In this document: positions 20,646 to 31,348 of the stretch, in pieces
How the letters are laid out: every line of letters begins with the position of its first letter
How positions within the stretch are numbered: the stretch's first letter is position 1
Source of the DNA: Candidatus Saccharimonadota bacterium
GTDB taxonomy: Bacteria > Pseudomonadota > Gammaproteobacteria > Enterobacterales > Enterobacteriaceae
Reading direction: 5' to 3'
NCBI GenBank assembly: GCA_049942965.1
Contig: CP188088.1
Location: 240,001-272,000 of the forward strand
Length of the DNA: 32,000 nucleotides
Program-made: the position numbers and the translations under genes
The notes under the pieces: generated by a model
Told to the model about the DNA's origin: nothing
Databases searched by the model: none
What the model saw: only the letters and a program-made list of their open reading frames with translations

Positions 20646-20745
20646 AATAATAATTACTTCTTATCAAAAGTAAAAAAAATATTATTTATTTTTAATAAAA
20701 TATTATTAGTTTAAAATGATTAAAAATGTTTTTTAAAATAAAAAA

Positions 20746-22005
20746 TTACTTTCTAAAATATATGGGAAATTTTGAACATAAAGATAAAACTTCATTTTTT
20801 ACTGAACGTATAGTGTTTTTGCTTTTAAAATTTTCTAAAATTTTCATTATTAAAAATGAAATTTTCTTAATTTCTGGCTTTTTAAAACCTCTTCTAGTAA
20901 TAGAAGGAGTTCCTATTCTAATTCCTGAAGTAATAAAAGCATTCCTTGAATCGTTAGGAATGGAATTTTTGTTTACTATAATGTTAGCTTTATTTAAAGT
21001 TTTACTTGCATCTTTACCAGTAATGTTTTTATTTTTTAAATTTAATAAAAAAAGATGGCTATCGGTTCCTCCAGAAATTATATTATATCCTTTTTCGAGA
21101 AATAAATAAGACATATATTTTGTATTTTCTAAAATTTGTTTTTGATATTTTTTAAAAATAGGATTTAAAGCTTCTTTAAAAGCCACTGCTTTAGCTGCAA
21201 TTACATGCATTAATGGACCTCCTTGTGTTCCAGGAAAAACAGAAGAATCTACTTTTTTATATAATTTTAAATTCTTACAATTGGATAATATTAATCCTCC
21301 TCGAGGACCGCCTAAAGTTTTATGAGTAGTTGAGGTAACAAAATGAGCATGATCAACAGGACTAGGATATAAACCAGCTGCTACTAAACCAGCAATATGT
21401 GCTATATCAATTACAAGATACGAATTTACTTCATCTGCTATTTCTCTCATTTTTCTCCAATCACATATCCTTGAGTATGAAGAAAATCCTCCAATAATTA
21501 ATTTAGGTTTATGTTTTTTTGCTAAAAAATGTATTTCTTCATAGTTAATGTATTCTTTGTTATTTAAACTATATGATATGGACTTATAAATTTTTCCTGA
21601 AAAATTAATTGGAGAACCATGTGTTAAATGTCCACCATGGGATAAATTCATTCCTAAAATAGTATCACCAGGAGACAATAATGCTTGATAAATTGCGAAG
21701 TTAGCTTGAGATCCTGAATGTGGTTGAACATTAGCATAATTGACGTTAAATAATTTTTTTGCTCGATTTATAGCTAATTCTTCTATCTCATCAACATATT
21801 TACATCCTTCATAATAACGTTTTCCAGGATAACCTTCAGCATATTTATTAGTTAATTGTGACCCCTGAGCTTCCATAACACATAAACTTGCATAATTTTC
21901 TGAAGCTATTAATTGAATACAGTTTTCTTGTCTTTTTTTTTCTTTTTTTATGGAATTCCATAATTCTAAATCGTATTCAAAAAGTTTAAGATTAGAAAAA
22001 AACAT
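20746..22005 (-). CDS. glyA: serine hydroxymethyltransferase
   Basis: 419 aa. [20 protein letters not shown] and the PLP-lysine block [15 protein letters not shown] match E. coli GlyA. Confidence 0.97.
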   Translation of the reverse strand: MFFSNLKLFEYDLELWNSIKKEKKRQENCIQLIASENYASLCVMEAQGSQLTNKYAEGYPGKRYYEGCKYVDEIEELAINRAKKLFNVNYANVQPHSGSQANFAIYQALLSPGDTILGMNLSHGGHLTHGSPINFSGKIYKSISYSLNNKEYINYEEIHFLAKKHKPKLIIGGFSSYSRICDWRKMREIADEVNSYLVIDIAHIAGLVAAGLYPSPVDHAHFVTSTTHKTLGGPRGGLILSNCKNLKLYKKVDSSVFPGTQGGPLMHVIAAKAVAFKEALNPIFKKYQKQILENTKYMSYLFLEKGYNIISGGTDSHLFLLNLKNKNITGKDASKTLNKANIIVNKNSIPNDSRNAFITSGIRIGTPSITRRGFKKPEIKKISFLIMKILENFKSKNTIRSVKNEVLSLCSKFPIYFRK

Positions 22006-22055
22006 ATTTTTTCCCTTAATTTAAAAAAATGATTTTTTATCATAAGAATAAATAT

Positions 22056-23330
22056 TTAAAAGATACTTTTTAATATTTTTTTAACGTCTTTATAAAAAAT
22101 AATTTTGCTTTCACCATTTCTAAAATTTTTTAAAATAATTTTTTTTGATTTTTTGTTTTTTTTTAAAATTAATAAAACAATACTAATTTTAGTATTATTT
22201 AAAAATTTAAATTCTTTCTTTTTATTAATTTTCAAAAAATTTATTTTTATTTTTAAATTAGAAAAATAATTTCTGATACTTTCAACTAATTTTAAATATT
22301 CAGAATCCAATTCTGATATAATAATATTAATGTCTAATCTAGAGTTAGCATTAATTTTTTTTATAACAGATAAACTTTTATAAGTTAAAATTAATCTTTC
22401 CATTCCTATAGCAAAACCCATTGCAGGAACAAATTTACCACTAATATTTTCAACTAATTTATCATATCTACCTCCTGCACATATAGTTTTTTTAGATCCT
22501 AAATTATTGTCAGTCTTCCATTCAAAAACAGTATCGTTATAATAATCTAAACCTCTTACTAAATTATTATTTATTTCGTATTTTATTTTTAACTCATCTA
22601 GAAAAGAACACAAATTTTTAAAACGAAAAACAGAAATATTATCTAAATAGTTTTTTAAAACAGGAGCATCTTTTAAAATTTTTTGAGTATTTTCATCTTT
22701 ACTATCTAAAACCCTAATAGGATTCCTATACATTCTTAATATGCTCTTTTTGTCTAAAAATAATTTATTTTTATGTAAAAAACTTTTTAAATCAGCTTCA
22801 TATAAAGATCTTGATGTTTTAGAACCAATAGAATTAATCTCTAGTTTTAATTCATTTAAAATATTTAATTTTTTCCATAAACGAACCGTGATTAAAATTA
22901 ATTCTAAATCTATTTCAATACCAAATAAACCAAATGTTTCTACTCCAAATTGATAAAATTGTCGATATCTTCCTTTTTGAGGTCTTTCATATCGAAACAT
23001 TGGTCCTAAATACCATAATTTTTGAACTTGATTATGTAGCAATCCATTTTCTATACAAGCTCTAACACAACCTGCTGTTCCCTCTGGTCTCAGAGAAATC
23101 TTGTTTCCACCTAAATCTATAAAAGAATACATTTCTTTTTCGAAAATGTCAGTAACACTTCCTATTGTCTTTTTAAATAAAACAGTTTTTTCCATAATTG
23201 GAATACGTATTTCTGAATAACAATAATTGTTTAAAATTTTTTTTACAGCGTTTTCTATATAGTTCCAAATATATATTTCCTTTGGCAAATAATCATGTAT
23301 ACCTCTCATTGATTGAAACTTATGATCCAC
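22056..23330 (-). CDS. hisS: histidine--tRNA ligase
   Basis: 424 aa, matching the E. coli length as recalled. MRGIHDYLP, FEKEMYSF, LRPEGTAG, FRYERPQKGRYRQF and GGRYD are present. The GTG start is preceded by AAGGAG 7 nt upstream. Confidence 0.96.
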   Translation of the reverse strand: MDHKFQSMRGIHDYLPKEIYIWNYIENAVKKILNNYCYSEIRIPIMEKTVLFKKTIGSVTDIFEKEMYSFIDLGGNKISLRPEGTAGCVRACIENGLLHNQVQKLWYLGPMFRYERPQKGRYRQFYQFGVETFGLFGIEIDLELILITVRLWKKLNILNELKLEINSIGSKTSRSLYEADLKSFLHKNKLFLDKKSILRMYRNPIRVLDSKDENTQKILKDAPVLKNYLDNISVFRFKNLCSFLDELKIKYEINNNLVRGLDYYNDTVFEWKTDNNLGSKKTICAGGRYDKLVENISGKFVPAMGFAIGMERLILTYKSLSVIKKINANSRLDINIIISELDSEYLKLVESIRNYFSNLKIKINFLKINKKKEFKFLNNTKISIVLLILKKNKKSKKIILKNFRNGESKIIFYKDVKKILKSIF

Positions 23331-23555
23331 TAATTTCTCCTTAAAAAAATTTACAAAAATTAAAAAAAAAACATGAAATAAAATATTAATAAAATTAATC
23401 TAACTAAAATCTAACAAAAAATTTTAAAAAAAATTTTTTTCCAATTAAATTAAAATAGTTTTTTAAAATTTAATAATAAAACAAAACATTTTTACTATTT
23501 TTCATACAAATTAACAAAAATTTTACTTATTTTGAAACAAATAACTAAAAAGTAC

Positions 23556-24637
23556 TTATATTTTACTAGATAATTGTCCACAAGCAGCATAAATATCAAA
23601 ACCACGATTTTTTCTAATAGTAGTTACAATTCCTTTCTTTCTTAAAAAATTAGAAAATTTTTTTATTTTATCAAAACTACTAGAACGAAATTTTGATGTT
23701 TTAAATTTATTCCAAGGAATTAAATTAATTTTTACAGGAATTTCTCTTAATATAGAAAATAGTTCTTTTGCATGTTGTAGACTATCATTAATTGAATCTA
23801 ACATAACATATTCTATGGTTACTTTATTACGATTAGCAGTAGAATAAATAAGATATTTTTTTACAGATTTTAATATCGAAGATATATTATATTTTTTATT
23901 AGTAGGAACTAAATAGTTTCTAATAATGTCATTGGGAGCATGTAACGAAATTGCCAGGGATACATCAACTAAAGTGCTTAGTTTATTTATTGCTGGAACT
24001 ATTCCCACAGTAGAAACTGTTACACGATGTTTAGATAATCCAAAAGAAAGCTTATTTAACATAATTTCTAAAGAAGTAACAAGATTTTTAAAATTTAATA
24101 AAGGTTCACCCATACCCATAAAAACAACGTTAGTAATTGGAAAAGGAATGTCTTTATTACCCTTAAAAAACATTTTTGACACAGTCCATAGTTGTCCTAT
24201 TATTTGAGAAACATTCAAATTACAACTAAACCCTTGTTGACCAGTTAAACAAAACTGACATTTTAAAGAACAACCAACTTGAGAAGAAATACATAAAGTA
24301 GATCTATTTGTTTCTGGAATATAAACGGTTTCTACTTCTGAATTTGAATTAATAGAAACATTCCATTTTATCGTTCCATCAATTGATTTTTTTTTTTTTT
24401 AAATTTAGGAGGAAATATTACAGCAATTTCATGTAATTTATTTCTTAATTTTTTTTTCAAGTTATTCATTTTCATGAAATCATCGCAATAATAATGGTAA
24501 ATCCATTTCATAACTTGTTCTGCTCTAAAACATGGTTCTCCTAATTTTAAAAAAAGATGGCATAAATTTTTATGATTTAAATTTAATAAATTTATTTTTT
24601 CTGGAAAAAAATAAGATTTTAATATTTTATTTGACAT
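23556..24637 (-). pseudogene. rlmN: 23S rRNA/tRNA m2A radical-SAM methyltransferase RlmN; frame broken inside an A14 tract (24387-24400), restored by +1 A
   Basis: The N-terminal ORF (24368..24637) has FRAEQVMKWIYHYYCDDF, matching E. coli FRADQVMKWMYHYCCDNF. The other frame is open from the tract onward and reads [57 protein letters not shown], matching E. coli SSDGTIKW...[36 protein letters not shown]. The CxxxCxxC cluster is intact, and the frame continues through MGMGEPL... to the stop at 23556. Confidence 0.82.
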
Positions 24638-24809
24638 ATAACACCTAAATTAAATTTCAATTTTAAGAATAAAAAAAAATGTATAAATTAACTTTAATTA
24701 CTGTTAATCTAATCAAAATTATTGAATAAATTTTAAAAAATTTTTATTAAATTAAACAAAATTTAGATTAGAAAAATGTCTAAAATATGAATTTTAGGAG
24801 AAAAATTTT

Positions 24810-25601
24810 ATGTATCCAATGTTAAATATTGCAATACGAGCAGTTCGTAAAAGTGGAAATTTGTTAATACAAAAATACGATTTAAAAAAAAACATAATCA
24901 ATTTAGATAAAAAAAAAAATGATCATTTTATTAAAAATGTTATTAATGTGGTCCAAAATAAAATGATAGAAATTATTCAAAAATCTTATCCTGATCATGT
25001 TATTGATTCTCAATATAAAATTCATAAAACTTTTCTAAAAAAAACAATCGTTTGGATAATTAATCCAATTGATGGAATAGATAATTTTAAAAAAAATTTA
25101 CCACATTTTTCTACTTCAATAGCTATAAAAATTAAGAACAATACTGTTATATCCGCTATATACGATCCTTTTAAAAACGAACTTTTTACTGCAATAAATG
25201 GAAAAGGAGCACAACTAAATGGATATAGAATTAGATGTAGTGAAATTCATAGTTTTTCTATTTCATCTATAGCAATTAATGATAATATTCATAAAAATCA
25301 AAAACTTTCATTTTTATATTTAAAAATTATTAATTTACTTATATTACAAAAAGTTAAATTTCGTTGCACTGGTTCATCTACTTTAGATTTAGCTTATATA
25401 GCAAATGGTAGATTTGACTTTTTACTACATTGTAATTTTAAACCATATTTTTTTTTAGCAGGACAATTACAACTAAAAGAATCAGGTTCTTTAATATGTG
25501 ATATTAATGGTGGTTCAAATTATCTTCAATCTGGAATTGCATTAATAGGAAATTATAAATTTATTCGTATAATACAAAAAAAAATAAAAGAACTTTTATA
25601 A
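24810..25601 (+). CDS. suhB: inositol monophosphatase family protein SuhB
   Basis: 263 aa. MYPMLNIAIRAVRKSGNLL matches E. coli MHPMLNIAVRAARKAGNLI. The WIINPIDG motif is present. AGGAG lies 6 nt upstream of the ATG. Confidence 0.93.
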   Translation: MYPMLNIAIRAVRKSGNLLIQKYDLKKNIINLDKKKNDHFIKNVINVVQNKMIEIIQKSYPDHVIDSQYKIHKTFLKKTIVWIINPIDGIDNFKKNLPHFSTSIAIKIKNNTVISAIYDPFKNELFTAINGKGAQLNGYRIRCSEIHSFSISSIAINDNIHKNQKLSFLYLKIINLLILQKVKFRCTGSSTLDLAYIANGRFDFLLHCNFKPYFFLAGQLQLKESGSLICDINGGSNYLQSGIALIGNYKFIRIIQKKIKELL

Positions 25602-25665
25602 AAAATTAAAAAAATTATTTAAAAAAAAATACATATTTAATTTTTTTAGAAAAAATTGTTTTGTT

Positions 25666-26661
<996 letters not shown>

Positions 26662-26751
26662 TTATTATTTTTTTTTAATAAATATTCATTTAAAAATTTG
26701 TTAAATTAAATAAAATTTTTTATAAAGAACAAATGAGGACAATAAAAAATA

Positions 26752-29328
26752 TTAATTTTGTATGTTCCATTTTCCATTAATAAAATATCTTTTCCAAGAA
26801 GTAAATTTTCCATTTTTCTTAGAACCGATAAACTGAATTTTTTCTTTTTTGTTAAATCTTAATATCGTTTTATTTCCCTCATCGTCAACTATTGGAGCAT
26901 CTGTTAAATATAAAATTTCTTTTGGCAATAAATTTCTAAATCGAACGAGTTCTTCAATAAAAGGAGTTCTAGTTTCTTTAGATTTTGGAAAAGTACTTGC
27001 TGCAAAAAAAATTCCGGAAACTCCAGATTTTAAAACAAAACATGCATTAGATTTTTCACATAGTAAATTAGGTAATATAATAGGTTTGATTTTAAATAAA
27101 TTTTTTTGCATGTTATTTATGTTCTTTGTATTTTTGCAATCATGATTTGAACATTTTAAAAATTTTCCAAATTTTCCAAATTTTAAAACCATATTTGAAT
27201 TACAAAAATTACATTTTATACTTTTTTTATTTTTTAAAAAATAATTTTTAAAATCATTATTTTTTTCTATTACAAACTCTGAACAATATAAATTATTACT
27301 ACAAATGAACAACATTAATTTAAAATTAATAAAATATAAATCCATGTTTGATTTACACAAATTGCATATTTTATGTTTAAAATTGGTTTTTTTGTTTTTT
27401 AATAAAACGTCTTTTTCTGGAATTAAAGATATTGTGTACCTACACTTTTTTTTAAATTTTTCATAATTAGAACAAGATAAAAAAATTCCAGTAATTGCTG
27501 TTCTTATAACCATTTTTTTAAAACATTTAGCACAATTCATATTTGTTAAAATAATTTTATTTGGTATCATACCACCTAATTTTGGTGATTTAATTGCTTT
27601 TTTAAATTGTTTATAGAAACTATAAAAAAAACTATTTAAAACTATTTTCCAATTAATTAAATTATTATCAATTTGATCTAGTTTGTCTTCCATTTCTGCT
27701 GTAAATTTATAACTCATTAGGTTTTTAAAAGAACAATTTAAACGATCTGTAACAATTTCTCCCATTTTTTTAGAATAAAATTTATTATTCTTAACATTTA
27801 CATATCCACGATTTTGTATCGTAGAGATGATAGATGCATAAGTAGAAGGTCTACCAATTCTTTTTTTTTCAAGTTCTTTTACTAGAGTTGCTTGACTAAA
27901 TCTAGTAGGTGCATTAGATATGATTTGTTGTATAGATACAGAATCTAAATTTACTTGTTTGCCTATGCATGTCAAAAAAAATGGACTCTTATATTTTTCT
28001 AAATCAGAATAATTCATAACTTTTTTCCAGCCGTCAAATACTAAAACTTTATATTTATGAGATAACTGAAAATCATCCGATTCTAAAGTAATTTTTTGTA
28101 ATTTATACTTAGTGGATTTTATCTGAGAAGCAACGAATCTACAATGAATCATTGCATATAATTCTTTTATATTTTTTTCAACTAATTTTAAATTATTTTT
28201 GTTTATTAATACATTTGTTGGACGAATTCCCTCATGAGCTCCTTGTTCATGCTTTTTTTTATGTTTATTCTTATTCTTGAAACTAATTTTAGGTAAATAT
28301 AATTTTCCAAATTTATTAAGAATATAATCTCTTGCTTTTATTACAGCCTTCTCACTGATATTTGTTGAATCTGTTCTAATATATGTAATATATCCTGATT
28401 CATACAATTTTTGTGCAAGAAACATGGTTTTATTTACTCCAAAACCTAAATAAATATTAGAATATTGTTGTAAAGTTGAAGTAGTAAAAGGAGGATAAGG
28501 TGATTGATATGATATAGAATCTTCGATTGAAGAAACATAAAATTTAGAAGATTTAATTTGTTTTAGAAAATTTTTAGCTTTTTTAAGACTTTCTATTTTT
28601 ATTTTTTTTTTTTTATAATGAGTAACCATCATTTTTAGTGATTGATTTTTTTTATTACATACAGTAACTTGTATTTTCCAACTTTTTTTAGGAATAAAAT
28701 TTCGTATTAAATTTTCTCTATCTACAATCATTTTTACAACTACAGATTGCACTCGACCAGCTGACAAACCTCTAGAAACTTTTTCCCATAATAAAGGAGA
28801 AATCATATAACCTACAATTCTATCCATAAATCTTCTAGCTTGTTGTGCATTCACTCTATTCATATTTAATAAACATGGTTTTTTAAATGCTGTTAAAATA
28901 GATTCTTTAGTTATTTCATTAAATATAATTCGACTGAATTTTTGATCTTTTTCTCCTAATACTTCTTTTAAATGCCAAGCAATTGCTTCACCTTCTCTAT
29001 CTAAATCTGTAGCTAAATATATGTGTTCTGCTTTTTTTGAAATTCTTTTTAGTTCTGTAATTATTTTCTTTTTTCCTGGAAGAATTGAGTATTCAGCTTT
29101 CCAATTTTTATAAGGATCAACCCCTATTTTATTAATTAAATTTTCTTTTTCAAATCCTAATAAAAATGTTTTATTTTTTTTTTTTATTATTTTTTTATTT
29201 TTTGAAGAATTAACAGGTAAATCTCTTATATGACCAAAACAAGATTTAACTAAATATTTATCTCCTAAATAGCGATTAATAGTTTTTGATTTAGCCGGAG
29301 ATTCAACTATGACTAAAGATTTTTTCAT
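26752..29328 (-). CDS. topA: DNA topoisomerase I
   Basis: 858 aa. MKKSLVIVESPAKSKTINRYLG contains the Toprim domain, and DLDREGEAIAWH and YITYIRTDS (catalytic Tyr region) are present. The C-terminal Cys4 zinc-ribbon repeats are retained (CAKC...C..., CNLC...C, CNFC...C..C). Confidence 0.97.
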   Translation of the reverse strand: MKKSLVIVESPAKSKTINRYLGDKYLVKSCFGHIRDLPVNSSKNKKIIKKKNKTFLLGFEKENLINKIGVDPYKNWKAEYSILPGKKKIITELKRISKKAEHIYLATDLDREGEAIAWHLKEVLGEKDQKFSRIIFNEITKESILTAFKKPCLLNMNRVNAQQARRFMDRIVGYMISPLLWEKVSRGLSAGRVQSVVVKMIVDRENLIRNFIPKKSWKIQVTVCNKKNQSLKMMVTHYKKKKIKIESLKKAKNFLKQIKSSKFYVSSIEDSISYQSPYPPFTTSTLQQYSNIYLGFGVNKTMFLAQKLYESGYITYIRTDSTNISEKAVIKARDYILNKFGKLYLPKISFKNKNKHKKKHEQGAHEGIRPTNVLINKNNLKLVEKNIKELYAMIHCRFVASQIKSTKYKLQKITLESDDFQLSHKYKVLVFDGWKKVMNYSDLEKYKSPFFLTCIGKQVNLDSVSIQQIISNAPTRFSQATLVKELEKKRIGRPSTYASIISTIQNRGYVNVKNNKFYSKKMGEIVTDRLNCSFKNLMSYKFTAEMEDKLDQIDNNLINWKIVLNSFFYSFYKQFKKAIKSPKLGGMIPNKIILTNMNCAKCFKKMVIRTAITGIFLSCSNYEKFKKKCRYTISLIPEKDVLLKNKKTNFKHKICNLCKSNMDLYFINFKLMLFICSNNLYCSEFVIEKNNDFKNYFLKNKKSIKCNFCNSNMVLKFGKFGKFLKCSNHDCKNTKNINNMQKNLFKIKPIILPNLLCEKSNACFVLKSGVSGIFFAASTFPKSKETRTPFIEELVRFRNLLPKEILYLTDAPIVDDEGNKTILRFNKKEKIQFIGSKKNGKFTSWKRYFINGKWNIQN

Positions 29329-29461
29329 AACTTTTACTCAATTCTATCAGATATTTAAAGCTTAACTTAAATTATTATTTACCAATTGTATTCAATTTTA
29401 CAATAAATTATAAAAACTTATAAAAATTGTTTTTTTAAATCTTTTTTAAAATATTTAAATA

Positions 29462-30205
29462 TTAGATGTTGAAGAACTTAAATTTTCTTTTTATTTCTAA
29501 TTGATCAAGTTCTCTATAACAACCTGGCAATAAATTTTTTGGAAGTTTGATATTACCAAAGCTAATTCTAATCAACTTATTTACTTGACAATTTACATGT
29601 TTCCACATTCTTCTAATTTCTCTATTTTTTCCTTTATTTAAAGAAACTATATACCATTTATTTTTCCCAATTCCACTAAAAAATTTAATATATTTAAATT
29701 TAGAAAATCCATCTTTTAATTTTATGCCATTTTTTAGAATGTTTATTTTTTTTTTACTATCAAACTTACTAAATACTCTAACTTTATATTTCCTTTCTAT
29801 CCTATATTTAGGATGCATTAAAGAATTTGCTAGTTTTCCACTAGAAGTAAACAATAAAAGACCTGATGAATTTAAGTCTAATCTTCCTATTAAAATCCAT
29901 TTTCCATGTTTTAATTGTGGTATTTTTTGAAATACTGTGTTTTTTTTTTCTTTAGTTGAATTACTACAAATTTCTCCATTTTTTTTATGATACAAAAGGA
30001 CTTTAGGTGGAAATGATATTTTTCTTTTAAAAAATATTTTTTTTTTATCTAAAATAAAACTTTTTATATCGTTTGCATTTATTCTCATTCCAATCTTTAC
30101 TAAATTATTATTTATATATATTTTTTTTGAATAAATTTTTTTTTCTAAATCTCTTCTAGAACCAAATCCAGCATTAGCTAATATCTTTTGCACTTTTTCT
30201 TTCAT
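29462..30205 (-). CDS. rluB: 23S rRNA pseudouridine synthase RluB (YciL)
   Basis: 247 aa. KVQKILANAGFGSRRDLEK is the S4 domain. GRLDLNSSGLLLFTSSGKLANSLMHP carries the catalytic Asp motif. KGKNREIRRMW matches E. coli RluB. The basic C-terminal tail of the E. coli protein is absent. Confidence 0.9.
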   Translation of the reverse strand: MKEKVQKILANAGFGSRRDLEKKIYSKKIYINNNLVKIGMRINANDIKSFILDKKKIFFKRKISFPPKVLLYHKKNGEICSNSTKEKKNTVFQKIPQLKHGKWILIGRLDLNSSGLLLFTSSGKLANSLMHPKYRIERKYKVRVFSKFDSKKKINILKNGIKLKDGFSKFKYIKFFSGIGKNKWYIVSLNKGKNREIRRMWKHVNCQVNKLIRISFGNIKLPKNLLPGCYRELDQLEIKRKFKFFNI

Positions 30206-30231
30206 GATATTTTAATAAAATTAAAAATTTT

Positions 30232-31134
30232 TTAATAATTTTTTTTTTTTAAAAAAAAGGATGACGATATAATTATCATTATACCAAAAAAAGAAAAAAA
30301 AGCCGAGAACAACTCTATTCTAAATAGAAATTTATTATAAAAAAAATATTCAAATCCTACTGGAATGGATGGAAAAAATAGAAAAACCATTGAAGAAATT
30401 AAAGGGGTAGTTTTTTTTTGTAAATAAAAATAAGATAATATTCCAAATACTCCTACAATGCTTCCTAGATAAATTGTAGCTAAAATTGATTTTTTAGAAA
30501 AAAACATAACATTAGGATGCTCAAAAAGTAATGAACCTATTAATAATAATAGACCAGACAAAAAAGAAGGAAATGCATTTAATGTAATTACTGAAAAATC
30601 AGAAAATTCCTTTTTAGATATTACATATATAATTGCATGACTTAACATAGCTATGAATAGTCCAATTATTCCTAATATTTCTTGAAAAGACCCAAATAAT
30701 ATTTTTTCAAAAAAAATAATTATTAAAGAAAGCATTGAACAAATAATTCCTATTTTTTTTAAATAACATATATTTTTTTTTTCTAAAATAAAAGAAAAAA
30801 ATAAAATAACCACAGGCATATTGGAATATATAATGGATGCTAGCGAAATTTCTACATATTTTCCACAATATAACATTAAAGTAAATGGAATTAAAAAATA
30901 GAAAATACATAACAAAAATTTAAATTTTAGTTTTTCAGTAGGAAAGAACAATTTTGTTTTAAAAAAAATGGACAATATAGCTAACAAAATAAAAGAAATT
31001 AAAAAACGGATACTTGTAATAAATAAAGGAGGCATAGTTTGTAAGGCTACTTTCATAGCTAGCCAAGTAGTCCCTAAAACAACAGTAACTAAAATAAACA
31101 AAAATAAAATAAATGTTTTTTTCACAAAAAGCAT
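30232..31134 (-). CDS. yedA: EamA/DMT-family inner-membrane transporter (YedA-like)
   Basis: 300-aa protein with about 10 hydrophobic segments and two EamA-like halves. The N-terminus resembles E. coli YedA (...GTTWLAMKVALQTMPPLFITSIRFL vs GSTYFVIRIGVESWPPLMMAGVRFL). I assign the symbol by similarity and recalled Buchnera synteny, so it is only moderately certain. Confidence 0.75.
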   Translation of the reverse strand: MLFVKKTFILFLFILVTVVLGTTWLAMKVALQTMPPLFITSIRFLISFILLAILSIFFKTKLFFPTEKLKFKFLLCIFYFLIPFTLMLYCGKYVEISLASIIYSNMPVVILFFSFILEKKNICYLKKIGIICSMLSLIIIFFEKILFGSFQEILGIIGLFIAMLSHAIIYVISKKEFSDFSVITLNAFPSFLSGLLLLIGSLLFEHPNVMFFSKKSILATIYLGSIVGVFGILSYFYLQKKTTPLISSMVFLFFPSIPVGFEYFFYNKFLFRIELFSAFFSFFGIMIIISSSFFLKKKNY

Positions 31135-31348
31135 ACTCCTATTAAAAAGTTATTTTTTTATAAAAATATTAGTATATTAAAAATAAAAATAATAAAAAAT
31201 TTTAATTTTTTTTAGTTATATATGAGTATAATTTATATTTTTCTAAAAAAAATTATTTATACAACTTTTAAAAATTTATATTCTTTAATATTTTATTGTT
31301 TAGTTGTAAAATATAAAAAATTAACTTAATTTTTTTTCTGATAAAAAA

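Noticed and set aside
20726-21109. 127-aa ORF antisense to glyA
   Set aside because: It overlaps the conserved 3' half of glyA. I saw no SD and no recognisable family. It is a shadow ORF.
25606-25648. 11-bp inverted repeat taaaaaaatta/taattttttta between convergent suhB and cysB
   Set aside because: The stem is entirely A:T with a 20-nt loop, giving negligible predicted stability. It cannot be distinguished from background.
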